DNA of 64,000 nt from Octopus sinensis (lineage: Eukaryota): assembly GCF_006345805.1 (NCBI RefSeq), contig NC_043001.1, positions 9,424,001 through 9,488,000 on the forward strand, given 5' to 3'. The position numbers and the translations under genes are program-made. Below the pieces are notes generated by a model. It worked only from the letters and a program-made list of their open reading frames with translations, had not been told where the DNA came from and did no database searches. How positions within the stretch are numbered: the first letter of the stretch is position 1; the number at the start of each line of letters is the position of its first letter. Of this stretch, positions 13,620 through 27,180 are shown one piece after another.

Positions 13620-14178
13620 AGGCGGCGAGCTGGCAGACACGCTAGCACGCCGGGCGAAATGCGTAGCCGTATTTCGTCTGCCGCTACGTTCTGAGTTCAA
13701 ATTCCGGCGAGGACGACTTTGCCTTTCATCCTTTCGGAGTCGATTAAATAAGTACCAGTTACGCACTGGGGTCGATATAATCGACTTAATCCGTTTGTCT
13801 GCCCATGTTTGTCCTCTCTGTGTTTAGCTCCTTGTGGGTAGTAAAGAAATATATATTTCGTCTGTCTTTACGATCAGAGTTCAAATTCCGCCGAGGTCGA
13901 CTTTGCCTTTCATCCATTTGGGGTCGATAAATTAAGTACCTATTTCTATGTACCTACCAGGGGCTAAACACAGAGGGTACAAACAAGGACAGACATAGGT
14001 GTTAAGTCGATTACATTGACCCCAGTGTGTAACTGGTACTTAATTTATCCGAGGTCGACTTTGCCTTTCATCCTTTCGGGGTCGATAAATTAAGTACCAG
14101 TTGCGTACTGGAGTCGATCTAATCAACTGGTCCCCTCCCCCAAAATCTCAGGCCTTGTACCCAGAGTAGAAAAGAATA
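13620..14178 (+). mobile_element. SINE family 1 multimer with an internal inverted fragment (13941-14048)
   Basis: Head at 13620; body repeated at ~13855 and ~14050; alternative tail ending agagtagaaaagaat. Confidence 0.88.
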
Positions 14179-14202
14179 TTAGTCTACCAGTGAGAATGTA
14201 TG

Positions 14203-14604
14203 TCTTTATTGCCCACAGATGGCTAAATATAGAGGGGACAGACAAAGAGATTAAATCGATTACATCGACCACAGTGCACAACTGGTACTTATTTAATCAA
14301 CTCCGAAAGGATGAAAGACAAAGTCGACCTCGGCGGAATTTGAACTCAGAACGTAACGGCAGACGAAATACCTATTTCTTTACTACCCACAAGGGGCTAA
14401 ACACAGAGAGGACAAACAAGGACAGACAAACGGATTAAGTCGATTACATCGACCCCAGTGCGTAACTGGTACTTATTTAATCGACCCGAATGGATGAAAG
14501 GCAAAGTCGACCTCGGCAGAATTTGAACTCAGAACGTAGCGGCAGACAAAATATCGCTAGGCATTTCGCCCGACGTGCAAACGATTCTGCCAACTCGCCG
14601 CCTT
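14203..14604 (-). mobile_element. SINE family 1 dimer
   Basis: Two body+tail units sharing a single head at 14604. Confidence 0.9.
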
Positions 14605-16231
14605 CAACATGTTAATATTCCTGCTGACTCATTGCCGTTCAACATCTTATAAATGCGAGGAGAAAACAGAAAGCAATAATGTTCATTCATTTCTTTTTTC
14701 ATCACTGTAAGTGAAGAGAAGTGAAATGGTTTCAATGATAAATCGAAACCGCATCGCCTTGTTGCCTCATCATATGTTTTATGTAGTTACTCTGTAGCGT
14801 TAGACCACATTTGGCTTGAAATATTAATTATTTTTCATTTGACTGGAATCTATGTGCTTCACAGTTGGGGTAATCACTTTGCCGCCTTTTAATTATATAT
14901 TAAGAAAGAAAACTTCTTCAGCCTTAAGACCAAAACATTAATTTATCTTGCTTCAGACTCTGGATTCGTTAAATTAATTAGTAATTATTATTCTCATTAC
15001 AAATGCACGGCACAGTTTCTTATGCTCTCCCTACTCCTGGTTAAGAGGGGAAAGTTTCATGTGGGTCGAGTGTCCTAAAGAGGATTGCCGTAAAGTGCCT
15101 GAAAATTAAGACGATGATGCGGTTTCAATCCTGAGCCGTGCCATTTTACGTGGTAACCTCTTTGTGGTTGATCAATCTGCAAGAAATAACAGTCAAATAT
15201 TCCTCATATTAAACTATGCCGTTTAAGAAAAACACTTTAAATAATGTAGTTTTGAATAACCAAGATGCAGTGGTCAATATTTAAGCACCTTTAGTCGTAG
15301 TTCTGCTCGATCAAAACAAGCCTGTGGCTAAACAACATCAACAACTTAATGATTACATTAGCAATTTCCGGACATCGAGATTAACTTCTTGGGGAAGCAG
15401 ATCCTTTTTCCAGCCTCCTTCCCCTTGATACACAGCAAAAGAAAGACGACTTCCCTGGCTAAGGAGACAACACCCTATCAGGGAAGCTTGATGACTTTTA
15501 TGGTTATACAGAGGTATTTTATGTACGGCGCAGTGGCAAAATCATTAGAGCACTCAACAAAATTACTTACAGCACTTCACGTTCGAATCTCTTTGAAGTC
15601 AACATACATTTTTCCTCCCTGTTACTAAGAGTTCATTCATCCACTTGGGTCGATTCCATTGACTATAATCCCCACCACTACGACTATCCCCCGCAAAATC
15701 GTGATACTTTTGCTAAGAGATTAATATGATAAGCTCATTGACTTGAGCTAGTTTCAGCTTCAGAGTTGCGGCCATACTGGGACACTGCTATTAGCCTTGT
15801 TACACGCCCACTACTTGCCGCCTCCTCTGATATGTGACATTTGGTAAATGAGGGGAGGATGAGGCTGCTGCCCACATCTGCGTTTCCTGCTGCGAGGTAG
15901 ATGCATCCAGAAACCTTGAAAGGAGGAGATCCAGTTTTGTTTCGAAGACGCCTACATCTACACCATGTTATTTAGCTACTGTTGTTTACAGTCTGATTTC
16001 GAATCCCTGCGAGTTAGACTTTTTAACCTTTCATTTTTTGGGGGTTATGATAAAGGTTCCAGGGCGATGTAATTGACTGTACCGCAGCCTATAAAATTTA
16101 GGGAGCTTCGGCTTTGTGCCTGCTTAGGAAATGATTATCTCTAGCGTGGCATTAGTCAAAATTCTTCTATAAGGAACACTGGTAACGTAGAAGAACGAAA
16201 CTTACCTACAAAAAAGCAAAAAGGAACAGAT

Positions 16232-16435
16232 AGGCGTAAGAACCTTCCTTCCCAAGCACATTGTCCTGGGTTCAGTTCCGCTGCGTAGCACCTTCAGTAA
16301 ATGTTTTCTATAATAGCTTCGAGGCGACCAAATCTTAGGAATGGATATCGTTGACGGAAACTGAAATAAACCATCGTATACATACACACACACACACACA
16401 CACCACACACACACACATATATATATATAATATAT

Positions 16436-16469
<34 letters not shown>

Positions 16470-16705
16470 CACGTATGTGTGTGTCTTTGTCTTGGTGTTT
16501 GTCCACCATCTGCGTTTGACAACCGGTATTGGTGTGTCTATGTCTCTGCAACTTAGCGGTTCAAGAAAAGGGCCCAAAAGAATAAGTACCAGGCTTTACA
16601 ACAAACAGAAAATAACAGGTTCTGGGGTAGATACGTTCGACTAAAACTTCTTCAAGACTATGCCCCAGCATGGTCGCTGTCTAATGACTGAAGCAAGTAA
16701 AAGGG
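16232..16705 (+). mobile_element. SINE family 2, diverged
   Basis: Head, internal microsatellite and ccagcatgg...tgactgaagcaagtaaaag tail. Confidence 0.85.
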
Positions 16706-16764
16706 ACAACAAAGAAAACAGAAAATGTTTGTCTGGCAATTTGATCCAAAACCAAGAAGCTATC

Positions 16765-17374
16765 ATTTTCTACTCTAGGCACAACGCCCGAAATTTGGGG
16801 GAAAGGGGTGGGGGCAGATGATTACATCGACCCCACTACGCAACTTGTATTTAATTTATCAACCCCGAAAGGCTGAAAGGCAAAGTCGTCCTCGGCGGAA
16901 TTTGAACTCAGAACGTAAAGACAGAAGAAATATCGCTAAGCGTTTCGCCCGGCGTGCTTAAAGTACTTAATATATTCTTTTCTACTCTATGCACAAGGCC
17001 CGAAATTTTAGGGGAGGGGGCCAGTCGATTAGACCAACCCAAGTACGCAACTGGTATTTAATTTATCAAACACGAAAGGATGAAAGGCAAAGTCGACCTC
17101 GGCGGAATTTGAACTCAGAACGTAGCGGCAGACGAAATACCTATTTGTTTGCTACCCACATGGGGCTAAACACAAAATGGGACAAACAAGGACAGACAAA
17201 CGGATTAAGTCGATTATATCGACCCCAGTGCGTAACTGGTACTTAATTTATCGACCTCGAAATGTTGAAAGGCAAAGTCGACCTCGGCGGAATTCGAACT
17301 CAGAACGTAACGACTGACGAAATACCGCTAAGAGTTTCGCCCGGCGTGCTAACGTTTCTGCCAGCTCACAGCCT
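16765..17374 (-). mobile_element. SINE family 1 composite (three bodies) flanked by one TSD
   Basis: aaaccaagaag(c/t)tatc at ~16749-16764 and 17375-17390. Confidence 0.88.
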
Positions 17375-18496
17375 AAACCAAGAAGTTATCCGTTGCACAG
17401 CTCCGTTCATTTCAGGTTTGAAATAAAACCGTAAAGTTTAGATGAGTTTCAATTTTCATTTATTTATTTCAATGAAAATGTTGGAAAATATCGTTTCTCC
17501 CCCAAAGGCAATTTAATTAAAATAACGACCTTCTCATTTCTCAGGAATTTGACTCTGATAAGCCATAAGCCACCATCTATACTATATACTGCTATTCTCT
17601 AATTTCTTCACAACCACCTCTATCATCATTACCACCGCCTCTATCATCAAATCTACTTCTTTTCCTGTTTATTTGTTTTGTTTCTGTTTTTTATCTCTAG
17701 CTGTTTTTTTTTCTTCCTTTACGTATTAGCTTGTTTCGTTTCATTTTTTTCTTCTCGAATAGACATATTTTCGATACACCATTAACCTCATTAAGCTCTG
17801 GCAATTATTTTCAAACATCAGTTGCTTAAGGCACCAATAAGCCAATACCTTATAGCGATTCCAATAGATTATGTTGTTGTTGTCGTTGTTGTTGTTATTG
17901 TTGTTGTTGTTGTTGTTGCTGTTGTTTACACAATTTAAAAACACGATATTTATACCGCAGTGTTTTAGGGAATATATAAATTTAAAGAAGCAGGCCCAAA
18001 GTAAAAAAAAATAAAGCGAATAAGCTAACATGTTATTATTTTTCACACTTGAAAGAAAAGTTACTTGTAAAGCAAACGTACGGTGATTGGCGCCAAGTTT
18101 GTTAGAGTATTTCCAAATACAAACTTATCGATAAATAAATACCTACTCATAAATATATTTACATATTTCGCTATCTGTTTACAAACATCTATATAAACTC
18201 ATACACGCGCACATACACACATAAACACACATGAATAGTTGAGAACCGAGAACAAAAACAAATCATTATATCTATATACATATATACTCATAAATACATA
18301 CATATATAATATATTCATAAAGTGTGTGTGTGTTTATATATATTATTCTTTTCTCTTCGTTTACTTGTTTCAGTCAAATTGACTGCGGTCATGCTGGAGC
18401 ACCGCCTTTGTTCGAACAAATCGACCCCAGGACTTATTCCTTGTAAGGCTAGTACTTATTCTATCGGTCTCTTTTGAAAAACGACTAGGTTTGTTC

Positions 18497-18790
18497 TTTC
18501 TCGAGCCATTCCTGGCTAATAAGGACCGGTTTCCCGATTTCATTGGCACATAGGCCCTCCACCTGGACAGGACACCGGTCTGTCACAGGTGAGCTGCAAG
18601 ATGCAGGAGGAAATAATGAGAAAAGGTTGTGGCGAAAGAGTCAGCAGAAGTTCGCAATTATCTTCTGCCGGAGCCGCGTGGAGCTTAGGTGATTCGCTCA
18701 TAAATACACGCATCGCCCGGTCTGAGATTCGAACCTGCGACCCCACTACCGCTACTTCGCTTCCCTAACCACTAGGCTATGTGCCTCCAC
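18497..18790 (-). mobile_element. SINE family 3 (tRNA-derived)
   Basis: Minus strand gtggaggcacatagcctagtggttaggg...ggttcgaatctcagaccgggcg, with A and B boxes. Confidence 0.85.
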
Positions 18791-19249
18791 TAAAATAAGT
18801 ATATACAAATTACGATAATAAAAAAATATACAGTACAGTGCTGTTTCTACTTCGCGGATTATCACCGATCGCGGGGTTTTTTGAAACGTAACACCCGCGA
18901 TAATCTAAGTATTGCTATACTGCAATAGAGTAGGGGCCAAGAAAGTTCCCAAAGTACCAAAGTTGAGAGTTCAATATAGTGACGGTTTAAGTCTATAGGT
19001 ACGCAAAGGGGCAGAACAAGAACCACTAGCACTTGGTCCGATGTCTCATAGTTCAACCCAGAAACCAGAAAATTGAAGCATGTATTTGTGCGTGTGTTTA
19101 TGTGAGAGAAAGGGGGAGATCGGGGGAGAGTGGGAGAGAGAGTGTGTGTGTATGTGGGTGTGTCTGTTTGTGTGTGTCTGTGTATATATATGCGCATGTA
19201 TGTTTGTGTGAAGATATATATAGATTCATTGATAAGACAGATGCATACG

Positions 19250-19372
19250 GGAAGAGCGTCGGCTCGAAACGTAAAAGACTTTCTCACTTCTCGAGCGTTA
19301 AACTAATACATCTGTTTGTTGTTTACACACCCGTCTTTATATTTTGTTTTGCTTTTTTGTAAATTCCAACCA
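19250..19372 (+). mobile_element. HHR-bearing repeat family B, 5'-truncated, ending in (TA)n
   Basis: gaagagcgtcggctcgaaacgtaaaagac...ctaatacatctgtttgttg matches 29950-30145. Confidence 0.8.
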
Positions 19373-19377
19373 TATAT

Positions 19378-19411
<34 letters not shown>

Positions 19412-19848
19412 ATATATATATGCATACATATACATACACACACATACATACATGTATGCATACACAATATATACGCCTATATTTGTTTATATGTATATGT
19501 GTATGTATGTGTACGTATACACACAAACACGCGCGTGCACACACACATATACCAATATACGATGAAGTGAACTTTTTAAAAAATGTGTCTTTTATATTTT
19601 CTACCTTGGAGACACTGCAATAATTTCTCAGACTTTGATACAATCTCGCGTCTGTCGTTTTATCATTCATCGCAGACGGGAACTTCATTGACCGAGAGAT
19701 TTTCAATATACGTAGCCAGTTTGGTATATTTATTTCAATAATATTATCAGACTCTGCGGCACGAGAGGAACGCCTTAGGAAGTAAATGGCAAACATCGTT
19801 ATGGCATAAAATATAAGTCAGTTAAATTCTACGATATTTTTTTTTGCC

Positions 19849-19888
<40 letters not shown>

Positions 19889-20228
19889 CAGTCCTCTAAT
19901 CTTAGATTTAGTAGTTGATAAAAAGACAAATAAATTAGAAATGAGCCACAATAATTTACAAGATATGACCCCCCAGAGGGCTTCATGCCTTCCTTGGAAG
20001 TGTAATCTATTCGTAACTGCAATAGTGGCAACATGAATTTCTTCCATCTTCTTGGTCTGATAAAATATTTAAGAAAAATTATATTAATGTGTCCAACTGA
20101 TTAAAATTCTATTTATTTGTGCAGCTGAGGATAGCTCTGCATTAAAATTGATGCAATGATTGCATTGTTCAATTAAATGGAGCGACTTGAAACGATCCTA
20201 CTGCATCAGTTCCTGATTTCCTGTTGCG

Positions 20229-20264
<36 letters not shown>

Positions 20265-21232
20265 TTTATACACATATGTGTGTGTGTAATATATATATAT
20301 ATATATATATACTACAATCTCTATACCATACTTATTGCAGATGCATCATGAAGATCCCAATTAAATGCGGTATTCGTCTTGAGGTAGTATCTCTTATGAA
20401 CGTATGGTATTAAATAACGCAAAAATACACCAACAGCGGACCAGAATCGGTGATGGTATTGCTTGATCCACATTTCTGCTTCTTTGAGCATCATTAGTAT
20501 GAAATACCAACTGACAGCAAACGCGCAGACAAAATCAGTCGTCACATATATAGGAAAACAGACATTAAAAAATCGCTGATGTTTCAAACAGCCGCTCAGT
20601 TGAACAGAAATTCGTTCTGTGCAATAGAAGTAGTGATAGTTTGAGTTTGTTTTAACAAATTTCTACTCAACCGACCAGTTAATTGCTCCATCAGTGATTT
20701 TTTAGATCACTTTTTTGCTACATCAGTAACGACAGAATTTGACTTGCCTTGCGGTTGCCAGCGTGAATTTGATGCTGACGAAGCAGAAATGCGAATCTAG
20801 CAAACCCCACCACTGCTTCTGGACGATACGATTCAGTAGACAGGAAGTGAAGTAAATGTAAACAATAATTTGTTTTGTTTTGCACACACACGCGCGCGCG
20901 CGCGCACCTTCTTCCTCCCCTTCTCCTCCTTCTCCTTCTTCTTCTTCCCTACCAAAAATTCACAACAACCTCGAACCCAGAAGAGTAAACAAGAGAGACA
21001 GAGAAAGGCAGAAACAAGGAAAATGCCACTTATATTTGAACATTATACAAATATTCTTTTAAAAATACTTTCCTTTTAATTTTTCTGAATTCAATTATTT
21101 AATTGTTACAGTTGAAAAAGTCTCAATGACTGAAACCGGTACTGAAATGTTCTTTATAAAATTATTTTAGCATTTTCTATCCTGACTTGTTTTTTCATAT
21201 ATATCAACTCGTGTGTCCTGTTCATCATTATA

Positions 21233-21274
<42 letters not shown>

Positions 21275-21639
21275 TTACTTGTTTCAGTCATTTGACTATG
21301 GCCATGCTAAAGCACTGCCTTGAAGGGTTTCAGTCAGACGAATCGACTCCACGGCTTACTTTTTAAAGCCTAATATCTCTTCTATTGATATCTTTTGCCG
21401 AACCACTAAGTTACGGAGAGATAAACGCACCAACACCGGTTGTCAAGCAGTCGTGGGGCAAAAACACAGACACAACGGTACACACACATAGATATACACA
21501 TATATGTAAACGATGGGCTTCTTTCAGTTTTCATCTATCAAATCCACTGACAAGGCTTTAGAGAGATAAGGCGGCGAGCTGGCAGAAACGCTAGGATTCG
21601 TTTATCTTTTACAGCTGCTGAAATGGACTAAGGTGTTAT

Positions 21640-22252
21640 AACGGAGGCAGTTGAATGCAGATCAGGGATCAGGTTCTTATATTTAAAAGGTTCGTTCACC
21701 AAAGAAGACTTTTGATGAGATGAAGAAGTTATGGTGAAGATGCACCATTATACGACGTAGTCAAGTACTGACATCCCCAGTTCAAATGTCGTCGGACATC
21801 GGTGGAAACTGCTCCTCTTCCTGGACGGCCACATTCCGCCATTTTTGACGACGCCATCTATAAAGTGGAAGCCACCATTTTGGATCATCGCCGCATAACT
21901 ATTCGGCAACTAGCCCAAGAAGTGAAGATATATGTAGGGCCAGTGGAAAAATCATCCATGACCATTTGCAAATGCGGAAGTTGTTTGTCTACAGGATGGA
22001 TTCCCCGGATCCTCACACCTTTTCAGTAGCAGGAACGAGTCCGTTTCTTCCAGGCTCTTTTGTCAATGTGCCAAAAACACCAGGAGGACTTTTTCAGCAG
22101 ACTTATCACACAGGGTAAAACATGGGTCCATCACTATGATACTGAGACTAAAGACCAGTCGAACCAATGGAAGCATGATAACTCACCACCGCCAAAGAAG
22201 GCCTGTGTCCGTCCCACAGCAAGTAAGGTGATGCTTACAGTCTTTTGGAACA
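21640..22252 (+). pseudogene. Mariner transposase fragment (HTH region to first catalytic Asp region), copy 1
   Basis: PGRP, DHRRITIRQLA, WIPRILT, KTWVHHYDTETKDQSNQW and KVMLTVFW are mariner signatures; stops and frameshifts present. Confidence 0.9.
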
Positions 22253-22261
22253 ACCCCCCAA

Positions 22262-22321
<60 letters not shown>

Positions 22322-22687
22322 TTTACTTGTTTCAGTCATTTGACTATGGCCATGCTAAAGCACTGCCTTGAAGGGTTTCAGTCAGACGAATCGACTCCAC
22401 GGCTTACTTTTTAAAGCCTAATATCTCTTCTATTGATATCTTTTGCCGAACCACTAAGTTACGGAGAGATAAACGCACCAACACCGGTTGTCAAGCAGTC
22501 GTGGGGCAAAAACACAGACACAACGGTACACACACATAGATATACACATATATGTAAACGATGGGCTTCTTTCAGTTTTCATCTATCAAATCCACTGACA
22601 AGGCTTTAGAGAGATAAGGCGGCGAGCTGGCAGAAACGCTAGGATTCGTTTATCTTTTACAGCTGCTGAAATGGACTAAGGTGTTAT

Positions 22688-23302
22688 AACGGAGGCAGTT
22701 GAATGCAGATCAGGGATCAGGTTCTTATATTTAAAAGGTTCGTTCACCAAAGAAGACTTTTGATGAGATGAAAGAAGTTTATGGTGAAGATGCACCATTA
22801 TACGACGTAGTCAAGTACTGACATCCCCAGTTCAAATGTCGTCGGACATCGGTGGAAACTGCTCCTCTTCCTGGACGGCCACATTCCGCCATTTTTGACG
22901 ACGCCATCTATAAAGTGGAAGCCACCATTTTGGATCATCGCCGCATAACTATTCGGCAACTAGCCCAAGAAGTGAAGATATATGTAGGGCCAGTGGAAAA
23001 ATCATCCATGACCATTTGCAAATGCGGAAGTTGTTTGTCTACAGGATGGATTCCCCGGATCCTCACACCTTTTCAGTAGCAGGAACGAGTCCGTTTCTTC
23101 CAGGCTCTTTTGTCAATGTGCCAAAAACACCAGGAGGACTTTTTCAGCAGACTTATCACACAGGGTAAAACATGGGTCCATCACTATGATACTGAGACTA
23201 AAGACCAGTCGAACCAATGGAAGCATGATAACTCACCACCGCCAAAGAAGGCCTGTGTCCGTCCCACAGCAAGTAAGGTGATGCTTACAGTCTTTTGGAA
23301 CA
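22688..23302 (+). pseudogene. Mariner transposase fragment, copy 2
   Basis: Near-identical duplicate of copy 1. Confidence 0.9.
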
Positions 23303-23311
23303 ACCCCCCAA

Positions 23312-23350
<39 letters not shown>

Positions 23351-23354
<4 letters not shown>

Positions 23355-23735
23355 ATGAGGTTGTGTGCTGTCTGTCTCCTACGATTTAGATTCCTAACTA
23401 CTCCCACATTTTGCGGTGCAGTTTAACCAAAACCGGGTATCTTATAGTCGTGATTCATATCGAGCCCTTCTTGGTATTAGCGCGCGTCTACGATGAGTCT
23501 ACGATTTTAAAAAGAATTTACCATCAATTTTTCCCATTTTTAATGCATTTTTGGCATATATAAGGGAAGTAACTCTCTAAAAATGTATTATTAAATCTCA
23601 GAACGTAAAAAGCTACAGTAACAACCCTCCTTTGTGGTTAGCCATATTGAGATGGCTATTATACTTTACATCTCTAAAAATGCTTATATAGTTATTTCCC
23701 TTACAAACCCGAGCAACGCCGGGCGATACTGCTAG
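23351..23735 (+). mobile_element. Non-autonomous Helitron-like element
   Basis: 3' hairpin cccgagcaacgccggg then CTAG|T; homologous to 59501-59897; 5' end merges into the (TA)n tract. Confidence 0.75.
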
Positions 23736-24100
23736 TATATATATATATACACACGCACACAGAAATTGAAACGCTCCGATTTGCAGTACGTTGAGTTGTT
23801 GTCCCATCATCATCCGATGAACCGTGCCTGGTTTTCTTTTAAATGACCACTGACTGAATATTCTTTGAAATATGAAGTGAAAGTTTGCAAGAAGCGCTTA
23901 TCGTAATGTTCTTTCGTTTAGAAACCATTTTGCAAGACTCGTGTAAAAACGAGGAAATTGGAACACTGGAAATCGAAGTCTTTCGTTTATAATGCATTAA
24001 AGAATACTCTATATTTTTATTAAGTCTTGTAATTTATCGCTTCAGGAAAATCAACAAAGATTTGTGCGTATGTGTGTGTGTATTTGTTTGTTTGTTTGTT

Positions 24101-24175
<75 letters not shown>

Positions 24176-24179
<4 letters not shown>

Positions 24180-24537
24180 CAGCACTTCCTCGGTTACGAT
24201 GTCGGGGGTTCCAGTTGATCCAATCAACGGAACAGCCTGCTCGTGAAATTAGCGTGCAAGTGGCTGAGCACTCCACAGACACGTGTGCCCTTAACGTAGT
24301 TCTCGGGGAGTGTGACAAGACTGGCCCCTTTGAAATACAGGTACAGCAGAAACAGGAAGAAAGTGTGAGAGAAAGTTGTGGTGGAAGAGTACAGCAGGGT
24401 TTGCCACCACCTCCTGCCAGAGCCGCATAGAGCTTTAGGTGTTTTCGCTCAATAAATAAACATAGCGCCCGCTCTGTGAATCGAAACCGTGATTCCACAA
24501 CGGCAAGTCCGCTGCCCTAACCACTGGGCCATTGCAC
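24176..24537 (-). mobile_element. SINE family 3
   Basis: Minus strand gcaatggcccagtggttagggcagcggac...ggtttcgattc; body shared with 30636-31008. Confidence 0.87.
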
Positions 24538-26017
24538 ATGCTCGTGTGTGCATGTACACGAGACAGGAAGCTAGCTGGCACATTAAGCTCGCTAATATCT
24601 AGGTTCTGGCTTTTTATCATGTGTCGCTGCGTTAAACATCGGCCATGTTAGTAGTTTTTAAAATATGTAGCCTGTTTGAAATTACACTGTTTGTATCGAG
24701 AAAGTTCCTAAACTGCAAATTAGGAATAAAATTTGAATGATTTTGAAAGACGTGTGATGCCGTCATTCATCTTATTTTCGGTCGACTAGCATAGATAATT
24801 TTACATCAACTTTCCCTTTCATTGCTCTGCTTTGGGATCAATGCAATCAATTACGACTTCTTGCTGTGTAAGTTGACGTTTGTGTCGCGTGGAAGGAAAA
24901 ATAATGATTTCTGATATTGGCACAAGGCCATAAATTCGGGAGTGGGGATTAGTCGATTAAATTGATTCCAGGATTTTAATTGGTACTTACTTTATCGATT
25001 CCGGTGGGATGAAAGACAAAATCGATCCTCGGGATGTTTTAAATTTAGGAATTGAAGTGAAGTGTCTAAATAGCCAAAAGCATTCTATCCTATGTTGTCG
25101 TGATTCTGCTATCCAAAATCCTTTCCAGTGGAAGGAAAATATTAATAGTTTTGCTATGAGTTACTGTGAGTTCCATAAAAAGAAAGACCAGCGTCAATAT
25201 TTGTCCAAGTGAGTTTAATACAGAACTACTGAATATCAAACCCTGTTTTGTATCTCGTCCAAAATATAAATAAATATTAATATTAATATAATTCTATAAG
25301 TGTATCATTTAATTGTTGAATTATGTTATGTGAAGTGAAATATAAAAGATATTTTTCTGACATTTCTTCTGAGCAGTGATATTATACTTATATATAAATC
25401 TTTAGAAACTGGCAAAAAGACATTGTATTTGCTGTGTGGCCAGTTTCCTGGTCAGGCTATAGATCATTACTGAAGCATTGATGTTCATGCCTCGGAACTA
25501 TTAACTATTTCAACCAGACAAGATGTCCGACTAAACGTAAGCCAACAATTGATAGAGAGGACAAAGAGTCGTTTTCTCCTGACAGTGGGGGGAAATGATA
25601 AAAGAATACGGGATCTAAATATATTTGTGAATATCTCAGTTCTATACAGTTCTCTTTCGCTTGGAAACATTGGTTACTTAAAGACACACAAAATATATTT
25701 TCATCTTAAATAGATCTTGCGGAAATCACTTTCGCAGAACATTATCAACGATAATAATAGAAGCCGAATATCTTTACAAATGTGTCTGAAAGATGTTGCA
25801 CTCTAAAACCTGAAACCTAAATGTTATTCTATTTTCCTACGAATATTACATTGGAGTTACCTTCAGTTAATTATTTAACCGTAACCGAAGCTGTAGATAT
25901 CAATAAGCAGCCTCTGACAACCGGCTTCGGAGTCAACAGTTTCTATGGAAACAGTAGGTAAGTGCGCTACATCTCACCCATTAAAATTTTTTCTGATTAA
26001 TTCTATTTAGTTGTAAA

Positions 26018-26411
26018 TCTCTCTATATATATAAAGCTGAAGTTGTCTGTGTGTGGCAGGTTTGGTAGCCTTCAACTAACACTATCTCCTCCGAGACCCT
26101 GCGGCATAGGTTGACCAAAATTGAGAGTATGATAGAAGACGGCTTGCTCTTCCTTCCGTAGAAGAAAAATTCAAATCAGACCATGTTAACACCAAAAATT
26201 ATTTACATCAAAAAGGTCCTTTCTTTTCTATGAAAATCCCTATTTTCTACGATTTTTTTACTGCTGTGTCGCCATTTTTCGGTGAATTTCAACCAGAAAA
26301 ATGTTCACTTAAAGAGAATAACAAGCTACATAATGCAGAATTTTTACTTTTCAAAAATTCCAATTCTAAAGGGTCGAAACAAATACGAGCAACGCCGGGC
26401 GATACTGCTAG
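26018..26411 (+). mobile_element. Non-autonomous Helitron-like element (different interior, same 3' end)
   Basis: A|TCtctctatatatataaa 5' end; cgagcaacgccgggcgatactgCTAG|T 3' end. Confidence 0.78.
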
Positions 26412-26639
26412 TTTATTATAAGAATGAAGATGGCGAGCTGGCGGAATTTTTTTTTTATGTTATGGTCGTCGTTGTCGACGATTTGGTGGTCACCTTTTGT
26501 CGTTGGATTGTTGTTCTTGTTACAGTTGTTGTTGTTTAGCTCTCAACTCAGTATTAACAGACATACAATAGTGAAGTGGGTGCCAATATATATCGCATTC
26601 CTACTTGCTGTGTTAGAAAGAAGGCACATTGTCCATGAT

Positions 26640-26872
26640 GTGCGAGCTGGCAGAAACGGTAGCACGCAGGGCGAAATACATAGCCGTATTTTGTCTGCTG
26701 TTACTTCTGAGTTCAAATTCCGCCGAGGTCGACTTTGCCTTTCATCCTTTCGGGGTCGATAAATTAAGTACTAGTTACGCAGTGGGGTCGATGTAATCGA
26801 CTTGATCCGTTTGTCTGTCCTTGTTTGTCCCCTCAGTGTTTGGCCCCTTGTAGGTAGTAAAGAAATAGAAAT
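26640..26872 (+). mobile_element. SINE family 1 monomer with TSD
   Basis: acattgtccatgat occurs on both sides (~26626 and ~26877). Confidence 0.9.
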
Positions 26873-26919
26873 AGGTACATTGTCCATGATCTTTGCAAAC
26901 TCTTCGAAACCTTTGAGTT

Positions 26920-27180
26920 TGAAGCTATTCATGTTCCGTTTAAGTTTTTGCAGGTCAACACCAGCAGTAGAGACATTAGCAGGAATAATATTCTAGAGGA
27001 TTGATGTTCAGGGGAGCAAGGGACAGCGTTGAAGGCCAGTGTTGACAAGGGCAGTACTGAAAAGCTTGGTCACACCATGAGGGAACAAAAGGTAAAGAGA
27101 CGAATGGGTCGAGGATACCTGAGTAGGGTGGGGAATAAGACTAACCAGCTACGAGGAATAGAGGTCATTAGTGTAGCAAG
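26920..27180 (-). mobile_element. Old L2/Daphne-like LINE 3' remnant
   Basis: My translation gives LYSS*LVSLIP...P*TSIL*NIIPANV...DLQKLKRNMN, resembling LINE ORF2 C-termini. Confidence 0.5.

Larger units (their letters stand above)
21273..23350. repeat. Tandem duplication, period ~1048-1050 bp, (TA)n-bounded; each unit = SINE family 2 (minus) + mariner fragment
   Basis: Units start at 21273 and 22321; ORFs 21802/22852 and 22060/23110 are duplicates. Confidence 0.96.

Noticed and set aside
20771-20805. CTGACGA-a-GCA-gaaa-TGC-GAAT-ctag hammerhead-like string
   Set aside because: GAAA replaced by GAAT, no UH site or stem I, and no second copy in the window.
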